A DNA stretch of 64,000 bases from Oscillospiraceae bacterium (GTDB lineage Bacteria; Bacillota; Clostridia; Oscillospirales; CAG-272): the NCBI GenBank assembly GCA_015064355.1, contig SVSJ01000004.1, forward strand, positions 22,120-86,119. The letters are read 5' to 3'. Every line of letters starts with the position of its first letter. The stretch's first letter is position 1. This document shows positions 27,953-36,310 of the stretch, piece by piece. The translations under genes and the position numbers were made by a program. The notes beneath the pieces are model-generated. The model had not been told where the DNA came from. It saw only the letters and a list, made by a program, of their open reading frames with translations, and made no database searches.

Positions 27953-29446
27953 TTACTTGCTTCTGCCGGTCTTTTTTGTCACGGAGAGGATCTTTTCGCA
28001 AAGTTCTGCAGTATCGTAGTCAGGATCAATCCTCCATGTCCAGTTTCCGGACGCAGTGGAGGGGGTGTTCATTCTTCCCTCTTCGTTTGTTAGCTCAAGA
28101 TAGTCCTGCATGGGAATCACCGCGAGGTTAGCGATGCTGTCAAGTGCCGCTTCGATAACGTCGTATGTTCTGCTCTGTCCTTCAACCTCGGGGAATTCCT
28201 TGTCAAATCTGTCCTTTGCGTCCCGCTCTAATGTTTCGATCCAGGAATAGGTGCAGTCGGAGTCGTGGGTAGAGGAATAAACTACGCAGTTTTTCGTCTC
28301 GAACATTCTGGGCATATATTCGCTGTCGTCAGCGTAAACGCTGAACTGGAGCATTTTCATTCCCGGGAATCCGGAATCCACAAGAAGCTCACGCACGTCC
28401 TCGGTGATAAAGCCAAGGTCCTCTGCGATTATCTTTGATTCGGGATACTTTTCGCTTATTGTTCTGAAAAGCTCGATTCCGGGAGCAGAATCCCACTTAC
28501 CGTTCTTTGCGGTTGCGTCTCCGAAAGGAATATTGTAGTATCCGGCAAATCCGCGGAAGTGGTCGATTCGGAGAATATCGTAAAGCTTGAATGCGGCGCC
28601 AACTCTGCCGAGCCACCAAGTGAAGCCCTGCTCCTTCATAAGATCCCAGTTGTAAATGGGGTTGCCCCAAAGCTGTCCGTCAGGTGAATATCCATCCGGA
28701 GGGCAGCCTGCAACAACGGTGGGGTTGTAGTTTTCGTCAAGAAGGAACTGCTCGGGAGCTGCCCAAACGTCCATACTGTCGTGAGCAACGTAGATAGGCA
28801 TATCACCAATAATGGAAATATCCTTTTCGTGAGCATATTTTACAAGTGATTTCCACTGTGATGCAAATTCAAACTGAACCCAACGCCAGAAGGATGCCTC
28901 GGCTTCAAATTCTGCTGCGTGGGTGAGTGCCTTTTTGTAGTCCTTGTATTCTTCGTCCCACATAGTCCACTGGCAGTAGTTATTCTTCACCTTAAGTGCC
29001 ATAAAGAGTGCGTAATTGTCAAGCCAGGATTCGTTGTCATGTGCAAATTCCGCGTATTCTTCATTAGGTGTGAAGCGGGAATGAGCAAGGCGGAGGGCTG
29101 TATATCTTACGTTAAACAGTCTGCCGTAGTCGATCTTGTCGGAGCTGTCCTTCTGTGCTTCAAGCTCATCGGCTGTGAGAAGTCCTTTATCAGCAAGAAT
29201 ATCGAGGTCGATGAAATAAGGATTACCGGCCGCAGATGCGGGAGACTGGTATGGGCTATCGCCGTATGATGTAGGATTAAGAGGAAGCACCTGCCAGCAC
29301 TTCTGATCTGTTTTATCAAGAAAATCAATAAACTCATAAGCGGACTTGCCGAAGCTGCCGATACCGTACTCTGACGGCAGGCTGCTTACAGGCATAAGAA
29401 TACCCGCCTTGTGTTCAAATCCGAAGTTTTTAGTGTAATTTGCCAT
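27953..29446 (-). CDS. malQ: 4-alpha-glucanotransferase (amylomaltase, GH77)
   Basis: 497 aa. GILMPVSSLPSEYGIGSFG, LRIDHFRGF and other GH77-typical blocks. First gene of the minus-strand locus. Confidence 0.93.
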   Translation of the reverse strand: MANYTKNFGFEHKAGILMPVSSLPSEYGIGSFGKSAYEFIDFLDKTDQKCWQVLPLNPTSYGDSPYQSPASAAGNPYFIDLDILADKGLLTADELEAQKDSSDKIDYGRLFNVRYTALRLAHSRFTPNEEYAEFAHDNESWLDNYALFMALKVKNNYCQWTMWDEEYKDYKKALTHAAEFEAEASFWRWVQFEFASQWKSLVKYAHEKDISIIGDMPIYVAHDSMDVWAAPEQFLLDENYNPTVVAGCPPDGYSPDGQLWGNPIYNWDLMKEQGFTWWLGRVGAAFKLYDILRIDHFRGFAGYYNIPFGDATAKNGKWDSAPGIELFRTISEKYPESKIIAEDLGFITEDVRELLVDSGFPGMKMLQFSVYADDSEYMPRMFETKNCVVYSSTHDSDCTYSWIETLERDAKDRFDKEFPEVEGQSRTYDVIEAALDSIANLAVIPMQDYLELTNEEGRMNTPSTASGNWTWRIDPDYDTAELCEKILSVTKKTGRSK

Positions 29447-29614
29447 AATAAAACCCCTTTCAAAGCTGCGTTATATAGTCAAATATGAATTGTTAGGTAA
29501 ATATCCTTCACCCAAAATAAACAATATGTTAATAAAATAAAATCACGTTTAGTGCAAAGTTCAACATTTATTTTAAAATATTCAAAAATACTTCAAAAAT
29601 CATATTGACTCTTC

Positions 29615-29645
29615 CCCTGGGTAATATGTTATACTGTTCACACAA
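29615..29645 (+). promoter_or_regulatory. Candidate MerR-type promoter with a 19-nt spacer
   Basis: TTGACT (29615-29620), 19-nt spacer cttcccctgggtaatatgt containing ccc-t-ggg, then TATACT (29640-29645), 18 nt upstream of the merR-family ATG. Confidence 0.4.
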
Positions 29646-29663
29646 CGAGCAGGAGGGTAAGCT

Positions 29664-30887
29664 ATGAAGATAAAAGATGCCGCAAAATACTGCGGTCTTA
29701 CAGAAAAAGCCATACGCCTTTATGAAAGTAAAGGGCTTATTTCACCACCAACGGAAGATAAAAATGGCAGATCATTCAGGGAGTATGACGACGACACCCT
29801 GCGCGATCTGATGTCAATCAGTGTACTGCGCCGCGCATCTTTTTCTATTGAACAAATCGGAACCATGCAAAGTCACCCGGAGATGATACCGGAGATCCTT
29901 GACACATATCGAGAGGAATTACGCAGCAACGCCCACAGATTAACCTTGCTGTGCGAAATAATGGACAATATAAATGTTGACGAACACTTCGGCATTGACT
30001 CCATAGCAAAATATATATCAAATTCTGCGCTTTCCGGGAATAACTGCATAAGTTCTGACACATCTGAGGAAGAGCCATTGCCTGCACCTGTTCCTAAAGA
30101 ATTCCGCTGGACGGTGTGGGACGAGGATATATCAGAAGAAAGCAAGGCAAAAGCACTGGAGTTATTCTGGCAACAGTTTGAAAAACGTGAAAGACGCAAA
30201 GACATCGCTCTTGCAATTCCGCGAGCAATTTCAAAGATATGGAAAGCTATTCCAAGGGCAATAAGAATAACGGTGTTATCGTGTATAGCCGCCATCTGTA
30301 TAGTTGCGCTGATATTATATAATGCAAAAAACGTCATCCCTTACACATTGACTGTTGACGGTATAGAATATTTCATGGAAGACTATGACCCTGACGTTGG
30401 GGGAACTGTGGGTGAGAAAGTAACGATCACCTTTGACGGAGAAATACACAACTACCTGTTCAAAGAAGATTATTTCACAGGCAAAATGACTGTGGAAGGA
30501 TATGAATTATACCAGCGTTTTTTTCCACCGCATACTCATGGAAATCCCGAACCAATTTGGATTCCCGCAACTGAGGTTACAGTAGATAACTTTTTTTCAA
30601 ATTCACATTTCTACTACAACAGATTTTATACTTATTACCCCGAGCTATACAGTGGCACCGATTATTTTAAAAATTCATACAAGTTAGAGCGGTACAACAT
30701 CCACGTGATAGATTTTGATGATCCGAAAAACGCAATAATTATGATTCCTTTCTCTGAAATGCTCCCTGCAGTTGGGTTGACACAGCAGCAAAAACGAGTG
30801 GGATACATTATCGCTCCAGCCGAATCAGAATCTGACGCCGAATATCTATACAGAAGAATTATGGAAGAACATAAGAAATTTTTTTAA
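29664..30887 (+). CDS. MerR-family transcriptional regulator with a TM anchor and a ~185-aa extracytoplasmic C-terminal domain
   Basis: 407 aa. The N-terminus MKIKDAAKYCGLTEKAIRLYESKGLISPP is a MerR HTH. A basic stretch (KRERRKD..KIWKAIPRAIR) precedes the hydrophobic helix ITVLSCIAAICIVALILY (about aa 201-219). The C-terminal domain is unassigned. GC is lower than in neighbouring genes. Confidence 0.8.
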   Translation: MKIKDAAKYCGLTEKAIRLYESKGLISPPTEDKNGRSFREYDDDTLRDLMSISVLRRASFSIEQIGTMQSHPEMIPEILDTYREELRSNAHRLTLLCEIMDNINVDEHFGIDSIAKYISNSALSGNNCISSDTSEEEPLPAPVPKEFRWTVWDEDISEESKAKALELFWQQFEKRERRKDIALAIPRAISKIWKAIPRAIRITVLSCIAAICIVALILYNAKNVIPYTLTVDGIEYFMEDYDPDVGGTVGEKVTITFDGEIHNYLFKEDYFTGKMTVEGYELYQRFFPPHTHGNPEPIWIPATEVTVDNFFSNSHFYYNRFYTYYPELYSGTDYFKNSYKLERYNIHVIDFDDPKNAIIMIPFSEMLPAVGLTQQQKRVGYIIAPAESESDAEYLYRRIMEEHKKFF

Positions 30888-30892
30888 CAGAC

Positions 30893-30925
30893 TAAAAAAG
30901 TGACTCATCCGAGTCACTTTTTCTT
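30893..30925. terminator. Bidirectional terminator between convergent genes
   Basis: aaaaagtgactc-atcc-gagtcacttttt perfect hairpin with A- and T-runs on either side. Confidence 0.7.
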
Positions 30926-31855
30926 TTATTTTTTGTTTTTCTCTTTTGCGCGTTTGTCGTTGATGATCTGCATGTGTTCCGCTGTGATAAGTTCAACGCC
31001 GTTTTCTCTTGCCCAGTCAACGCATCCCTTGAGAACCAGGGGCAAGAACACTCTCGGTACTCCCAGAACAGTAGTCAGCGCCTCATCGGTAAACTTGATC
31101 TTATCGTCAACTCTGTCTGCTGCATAACGGACAGATTCCAGAGACGCCTGGCGCATCTGAAGAAGCTCTGCTCTCATTCTGGTCTTTCTGTGGAACCAGA
31201 AGTTCTTTGAATCGCGGTAGCCGTAGTCAACAGGAAGTGACGGAAAATCCTTTGCCTTCACACCGTTGATTATCGCGTCGCGGTACTTCTTTTTCATCAG
31301 GATCTTGTCAACGCGAAGAATGAAATGAGCGCCGAACTTGCTTGTGATTCCGTTGAAATCGTGATAAGGGCCTTCGTATCCGTTAAGCTCACCGGGCAGA
31401 TCCTTATCCGCGCCGTCGAGCTCACGCATCCATGTGCATTCAATTACTTCGATGGCATCGGTCATTACCATAGGGCGGATATCCTCGGGATTTTCCTCTT
31501 GAATCAGGCTCTTTTCAAGCTTGAAATTGCACTTGGGCATTTTTTCGGAAGGCTTGTCTCCGGGCCAGGAAAGCTTTACTGCTTCCTTGAAGGTCTTGGG
31601 ATTGTCATCTATAAAGTTGAGAGCGCACTTGCCGTTCTTGAGGATATTCTGGGCTGTGTTGGAAGAATTGCGGCAGCATAGAAGCATTGCGTAGTAATCC
31701 TTGCCCGCCACGTAATAAGGCTGAACCAGAGAATAAGGACCGAGGCTCGTGGTTCCGTCATCACAGATGGTGCTTATCACCACCGTGGGCATGGGGAAGA
31801 AAAGAGACGTCTGATAGAAATTGTCAACTATTCTTAGATTTTCAAAGCTACTCAT
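30926..31855 (-). CDS. Flavin-reductase-like (FMN-binding split-barrel) protein with a C-terminal PCP_red-like domain
   Basis: Start set at ATG 31855 (MSSFENL.., RBS aaaggagat). PMPTVVISTICDDGTTSLGPYS and NILKNGKCALNFI fit the flavin-reductase domain. The C-terminus FTDEALTTVLGVPRVFLPLVLKGCVDWARENGVELITAEHM resembles the PCP_red family domain. Confidence 0.6.
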   Translation of the reverse strand: MSSFENLRIVDNFYQTSLFFPMPTVVISTICDDGTTSLGPYSLVQPYYVAGKDYYAMLLCCRNSSNTAQNILKNGKCALNFIDDNPKTFKEAVKLSWPGDKPSEKMPKCNFKLEKSLIQEENPEDIRPMVMTDAIEVIECTWMRELDGADKDLPGELNGYEGPYHDFNGITSKFGAHFILRVDKILMKKKYRDAIINGVKAKDFPSLPVDYGYRDSKNFWFHRKTRMRAELLQMRQASLESVRYAADRVDDKIKFTDEALTTVLGVPRVFLPLVLKGCVDWARENGVELITAEHMQIINDKRAKEKNKK

Positions 31856-31874
31856 AATGTTATCTCCTTTTGTC

Positions 31875-32360
31875 TTATTTATTAATAACTTTTTCACACA
31901 CGAAATAATCCGCACCGTACCGGTAACATTCACCGATAAAATCATACCCAAGCTTGCGGTATGTATTCACGGCAGGCCGGTTGACCTTCGCCGCCAGCAG
32001 GTGAATTGATGTAACGCCCTGATTTTTCAGTTCGTTCGTAAGCAGTTCAACCATAACACGGGCATATCCCCTGCCCTGGTGTGCGGGCGCGATGGCAATT
32101 CGTGAAATCTCACGGTGAGTGCCGTCGTTTACCCTCCAGAAAGGCAAGTCATCATCCTCTGCCACAGGCTCAACAGATGCGCAGCCGATTATCTCCCCAT
32201 CCTTCAGCAGAACATAAAGGCATCCTGCCTCAAAATCCCGCCGGGCATCGTCCATAGTAGGGTAATTCTCATTCCACACGCAGAACTCGCCGCCGCGCAC
32301 AATATCGTATATTTTGCTGACCGAGGGTACATCCCCGTAATTCGCTTTTCTCAGTTCCAT
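31875..32360 (-). CDS. GNAT-family N-acetyltransferase
   Basis: Start set at ATG 32360 (MELRKANYGD.., RBS gaggg). The acetyl-CoA motif is IAPAHQGRGYARVMV. The upstream part of the ORF-track ORF overlaps the preceding gene. Confidence 0.8.
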   Translation of the reverse strand: MELRKANYGDVPSVSKIYDIVRGGEFCVWNENYPTMDDARRDFEAGCLYVLLKDGEIIGCASVEPVAEDDDLPFWRVNDGTHREISRIAIAPAHQGRGYARVMVELLTNELKNQGVTSIHLLAAKVNRPAVNTYRKLGYDFIGECYRYGADYFVCEKVINK

Positions 32361-32367
32361 CACGCCC

Positions 32368-32961
32368 TCACAGTTCAATAAGAATTGCTCTGCAAGGGGA
32401 GCCGTCAGCTCCTGCAAGGGATAAGGGCGCGGCGTCAAGCAGGTACACCCCTTCCGGCACGTGGCCGAGTCTGATCCCCTCAAGAAGGACTACCTCCGCG
32501 CCAAGAAGCAAAAGGTGAACGTCCACCGGTGCGTCTTCAGGTCCAACGGTCTGCGATTCGTTGCCCACAAGATCTACCCCTGCCTCGGCAAATACGCGGG
32601 CTGCGTCGAGAGAAACCGTTGCGTTTCCTTTGATGAGGATCTTTTTACCGGATTCTGCCTTTGCCGCAGCAGCTTTGGCGAGTATGTTTTTTGCGTCCTC
32701 TGCCGTCAGTATACCCTCGAATTCCGCAACGTAAGCATATCCCACCAATTTTGCAAGATCAAGCTCTTCGACAGTCTTTCCCCCGTCAATAAAATGGTGC
32801 GGCGCATCAACGTGTGTTCCGTTGTGGGCGCACATTGAAAAGGCTGTCAGATTGCAAAGGTTACCCTTTGATATTTCATACAAGGTTTCCTTTTTTGGCG
32901 CGGGATCTCCCGGAAACACAACGCAGGAGAAAACCTCCTGGGAAATGTCATATATTTTCAT
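32368..32961 (-). CDS. Cyclase-family protein (kynurenine-formamidase-like fold)
   Basis: 197 aa. The HNGTHVDAPHHF metal-binding motif is characteristic of the putative-cyclase/arylformamidase family. Confidence 0.8.
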   Translation of the reverse strand: MKIYDISQEVFSCVVFPGDPAPKKETLYEISKGNLCNLTAFSMCAHNGTHVDAPHHFIDGGKTVEELDLAKLVGYAYVAEFEGILTAEDAKNILAKAAAAKAESGKKILIKGNATVSLDAARVFAEAGVDLVGNESQTVGPEDAPVDVHLLLLGAEVVLLEGIRLGHVPEGVYLLDAAPLSLAGADGSPCRAILIEL

Positions 32962-33008
32962 TCTGCTATTACTCCGTTAATTCACTGTATTTGTTACAGA
33001 TTATAATA

Positions 33009-33037
33009 ATTATATCATACGTTTCGATGAAATTCAA
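33009..33037 (-). promoter_or_regulatory. Sigma-A-type promoter for the cyclase-GNAT-flavoprotein operon
   Basis: On the minus strand: TTGAAT (33032-33037), 17-nt spacer, TGaTATAAT (hexamer 33009-33014). Confidence 0.45.
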
Positions 33038-33086
33038 TCAGAATGTATAAATATCGAAATTATTAATAAAAAATGTCGAATTTGTA

Positions 33087-33115
33087 TTTACAAAAAAAAC
33101 TGTTTGTGATATAAT
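33087..33115 (+). promoter_or_regulatory. Sigma-A-type promoter for the BMP ABC operon
   Basis: TTTACA (33087-33092), 17-nt spacer, TGtGaTATAAT (hexamer 33110-33115). Leaves a leader of about 110 nt. Confidence 0.45.
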
Positions 33116-33231
33116 TGAAAATGGTGGTTTTCTTTTTGATTTGCGAAAGCCCAAGCTTTTGCGGATAATCGCCCGCCACGGGGAAAAAAGACCCGCGACG
33201 TCAATAATACTTTTTTAGGAGGAACATTGAA

Positions 33232-34434
33232 ATGTTCAAGAAAGTCCTTTCCCTGTGCCTCGCAGTTCTCATGGTTGCTGCTATTTCTGTATCCATGGTA
33301 TCCTGCGACAACTCCAATGCTGACTTTAAGCTTGGTGTAATCCTTCTTCACGACGAAGCTTCCACCTACGACCTCAACTTCATCGAAGCAGTTAACAGAG
33401 CTGCTGAAGAACTTGGTCTCAGCGAAGATCAGGTTATCTTCAAGAAGAACATCCCCGAATCCAACGACTGCTACGAAGCTGCTGCTGACCTTGTTGACGC
33501 AGGCTGCGACGTAATCTTCGCTGACTCCTTCGGTCACGAGACATACCTTCTCAAGGCTGCTAAGGAATTTACAGACGTTGAATTCTGCCATGCAACCGGT
33601 ACATACGCTCACACCGAAAAGCTCGACAACTACCACAATGCATTTGCTTCCATTTACGAAGGCAGATTCCTTGCAGGTGTTGCTGCTGGTATGAAGCTCA
33701 ACGAAATGATCGAATCCGGCAAGATCACTGCTGATCAGGCTAAGATCGGTTACGTTGGCGCTTTCACATACGCTGAAGTTATCTCCGGTTATACATCCTT
33801 CTTCCTCGGCGCAAGGTACATTTGCCCCAGCGTTACCATGGACGTTCAGTTCACAGGTAGCTGGTACGACGAACTCGAAGAAAAGAATGCTGCTAACGCT
33901 CTTATGGACAGAGGCTGCGTTCTCATTTCCCAGCACGCTGACTCCATGGGTGCTCCCACAGCTTGCGAAGAAAGAAACGTTCCCAACATTTCCTACAACG
34001 GCAGCACAGTTGCTTCCTGCCCCAACACATTCATCGTTTCCTCTAAGATCGACTGGACACCTTACTTCGTATACATCTGCGAACAGGCTAAGGCCGGCAA
34101 GGCAATTGATCTCGACTGGACAGGTACAATCTCCACAAATTCTGTAGTTCTTGCTGAAGTTAACACCAAGGCTGCTGCTGCAGGCACACAGGCTAAGATC
34201 GACGAAATCAAGGCTCAGCTCGTTGCCGGTACTCTCCATGTATTCGACACAGATACATTCACAGTTAACGGTGCAAAGCTCACATCTTACCTTGCAGACG
34301 TTGACACAGACGACGCTTTCACACCTGATACAGAAGCTATCAAGGACGGCTACTTCAGCGAATCCGAATTCCGTTCTGCTCCTTACTTCGATCTCAGAAT
34401 CGACGGCATCACACTCATCAACGAAAAGTATTAA
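33232..34434 (+). CDS. BMP-family (PnrA/Med-like, nucleoside-type) ABC substrate-binding lipoprotein
   Basis: 400 aa. Lipobox SMVSC. FKLGVILLHDEAS.., GYVGAF and ISQHADS blocks fit basic-membrane-protein family binding proteins. Confidence 0.85.
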   Translation: MFKKVLSLCLAVLMVAAISVSMVSCDNSNADFKLGVILLHDEASTYDLNFIEAVNRAAEELGLSEDQVIFKKNIPESNDCYEAAADLVDAGCDVIFADSFGHETYLLKAAKEFTDVEFCHATGTYAHTEKLDNYHNAFASIYEGRFLAGVAAGMKLNEMIESGKITADQAKIGYVGAFTYAEVISGYTSFFLGARYICPSVTMDVQFTGSWYDELEEKNAANALMDRGCVLISQHADSMGAPTACEERNVPNISYNGSTVASCPNTFIVSSKIDWTPYFVYICEQAKAGKAIDLDWTGTISTNSVVLAEVNTKAAAAGTQAKIDEIKAQLVAGTLHVFDTDTFTVNGAKLTSYLADVDTDDAFTPDTEAIKDGYFSESEFRSAPYFDLRIDGITLINEKY

Positions 34435-34452
34435 TCAATTCGATATAACTTT

Positions 34453-34513
34453 GACAAGTGGAGCAAATCGCTCCGCTTGTCTCGGTTATACAAGCTTTGA
34501 GCAAATCGCTTGT
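34453..34513 (+). other. Two related intercistronic hairpins carrying a 12-nt direct repeat
   Basis: Hairpin A (34453-34481) has a 12-bp stem; hairpin B (34490-34513) has a 6-bp stem. gagcaaatcgct occurs at 34461-34472 and 34499-34510. No T-run follows. Confidence 0.45.
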
Positions 34514-34576
34514 GGTTTATTACCTACGAGCGACTTTCTGAAGGCTTGTAGCACACTATTCTTTTGGAGGAAGCTA

Positions 34577-36310
34577 ATGAACAAACCGGTTGCATTGGAG
34601 ATGAAAAAGGTCTCCAAGTATTTTGGCAGTCTGGCAGCTAACCGAGATGTTGATCTGACTGTATACCGTGGCGAGATCCTTGCGATCCTCGGGGAAAACG
34701 GATGCGGAAAAACAACTCTGATGAATATGATTGCCGGAATCTACTACCCCGATCACGGTACAATTTCCGTTGACGGCCAGGAAGTAATAATCAAATCTCC
34801 CAAGGATGCTTTTGATCACGGTATCGGAATGATCCATCAGCACTTTAAGCTGGTTGACCTTTTCACTGCGGCTGAAAACATCGTTCTCGGCGTACAAGGT
34901 GAAGACCGTTACAACATTAAAGAGGTCAACCGCCGGGTTAAGGAGATCTCTGAAAAATACGGCTTCCACATTGATCCGAAAAAGAAAATATACGAAATGT
35001 CCGTTTCCGAAAAGCAGACTGTTGAGATCATCAAGGTTCTGTATCGCGGTGCTGACATTCTTATCCTTGACGAGCCCTCTGCAGTTCTTACTCCTCAGGA
35101 AACGGACCGCCTGTTTGAAGTGCTCCGTCGCATGAGAGAGGACGGAAAGTCCATTCTTATCATCACTCACAAGCTCCACGAGGTTCTCTCTATCTCCGAC
35201 AGAGTTGCAGTTCTCCGCAAGGGTGAGCATATCGCAACTGTTGAAACAGCAACAACTTCTGCGGCTGAGCTTACCGAAATGATGGTTGGTAAGAAGGTTG
35301 AATTGAATATTGACAGACCTGAGCCCAAGAATGTTTGTGACAGACTTGAGATAAAAGGTCTCAATATGACAGACGCTGACGGCATAAAGGTGCTTGACGA
35401 TATTACCTTTACTGCTCGTGCCGGGGAAATTCTCGGTATTGCAGGTATAGCAGGAAGTGGTCAGAGAGAGCTTCTTGAAGCCATTGCGGGTCTTAAGGAG
35501 CTTGATTCCGGTACTGTTACTTTCAACCGTCCCAAAAAGAATCTGCCCGTGTCCTTCTACCACAAGACATTCGATGAAGTTACCGCGCTTGCTGCTGAAG
35601 GTAAGTTCCACTACGAGGATGGCACGCCTGTTGATTTCACCGGTATGTCTCATTCGCAGATCAAAGAACTTGTAAATTCCGAAAAAGTACTATTTAACGA
35701 AGACGATATCATAAATCTTCGCGATAAGACTCCCATTCAGATCCGTGAGTTGGGCGTGCGTCTTTCTTTCGTTCCCGAAGACCGTCTCGGCATGGGTCTT
35801 GTAGGCAATATGGACATTGTTGACAATATGATGCTCCGCAGCTACCGTAAAGGGCCTTCTCTGTTCGTTGACCGTAAAAAGCCCAAGGATCTGGCGCAGA
35901 AAATCGTTCACGATCTCGAGGTTGCTACACCCAATACACACACACCTGTCCGCCGCCTTTCCGGTGGTAACGTGCAGAAGGTGCTTGTAGGACGCGAGAT
36001 CGCCGCTTCCCCCACCGTTCTTATGGCGGCTTATCCCGTGCGCGGTCTCGACATTAACTCTTCTTATACGATCTACCGCCTCCTTACCGAACAGAAGGAA
36101 AAGGGCGTATCAGTTATTTTCGTAGGTGAGGACCTTGACGTTCTCGTTGAGCTGTGCGACAGAATTATGGTAATCTGCGCAGGCCGAATCACAGGTATTC
36201 TGGACGGTAAGAACGCTACCAAGGAAGAAATAGGTCTTCTTATGACGAAAACCTATACAAATAATGACACATCTGAACAGGCAAAGGAGGGTGAGGCTGA
36301 TGAAAACTAA
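34577..36310 (+). CDS. ABC transporter ATP-binding protein with duplicated ATPase domains (nucleoside/simple-sugar CUT2 type)
   Basis: Start set at ATG 34577 (MNKPVALEMKKVSKYFG, RBS ggagg). Walker A GENGCGKTT, ILILDEP, second-half GIAGSGQREL, LSGGNVQK. The 142 codons upstream in the ORF track are non-coding-like. Confidence 0.9.
   Translation: MNKPVALEMKKVSKYFGSLAANRDVDLTVYRGEILAILGENGCGKTTLMNMIAGIYYPDHGTISVDGQEVIIKSPKDAFDHGIGMIHQHFKLVDLFTAAENIVLGVQGEDRYNIKEVNRRVKEISEKYGFHIDPKKKIYEMSVSEKQTVEIIKVLYRGADILILDEPSAVLTPQETDRLFEVLRRMREDGKSILIITHKLHEVLSISDRVAVLRKGEHIATVETATTSAAELTEMMVGKKVELNIDRPEPKNVCDRLEIKGLNMTDADGIKVLDDITFTARAGEILGIAGIAGSGQRELLEAIAGLKELDSGTVTFNRPKKNLPVSFYHKTFDEVTALAAEGKFHYEDGTPVDFTGMSHSQIKELVNSEKVLFNEDDIINLRDKTPIQIRELGVRLSFVPEDRLGMGLVGNMDIVDNMMLRSYRKGPSLFVDRKKPKDLAQKIVHDLEVATPNTHTPVRRLSGGNVQKVLVGREIAASPTVLMAAYPVRGLDINSSYTIYRLLTEQKEKGVSVIFVGEDLDVLVELCDRIMVICAGRITGILDGKNATKEEIGLLMTKTYTNNDTSEQAKEGEADEN

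Noticed and set aside
33116-33231. Possible riboswitch in the ~110-nt leader of the BMP nucleoside-type ABC operon
   Set aside because: An 8-bp hairpin (gcgaaagc/gcuuuugc) and some GC-rich pairing exist. I could not match purine, 2'-dG, preQ1, ZTP or other riboswitch consensus features, and there is no obvious terminator or anti-terminator pair. A covariance-model scan would be needed.
33088-34239. 383-aa minus-strand ORF antisense to the BMP lipoprotein gene
   Set aside because: It has no motifs and starts inside the promoter and leader of the plus-strand gene. The plus-strand product is a clear BMP-family lipoprotein.
34151-34576. 142-codon N-terminal extension of the ABC ATPase ORF (719-aa version in the ORF track)
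   Set aside because: It overlaps the 3' end of the binding-protein gene in another frame and then crosses the hairpin-containing spacer. The translation is Ser/Leu/Thr-rich junk. A good RBS and the canonical ATPase N-terminus begin at 34577.
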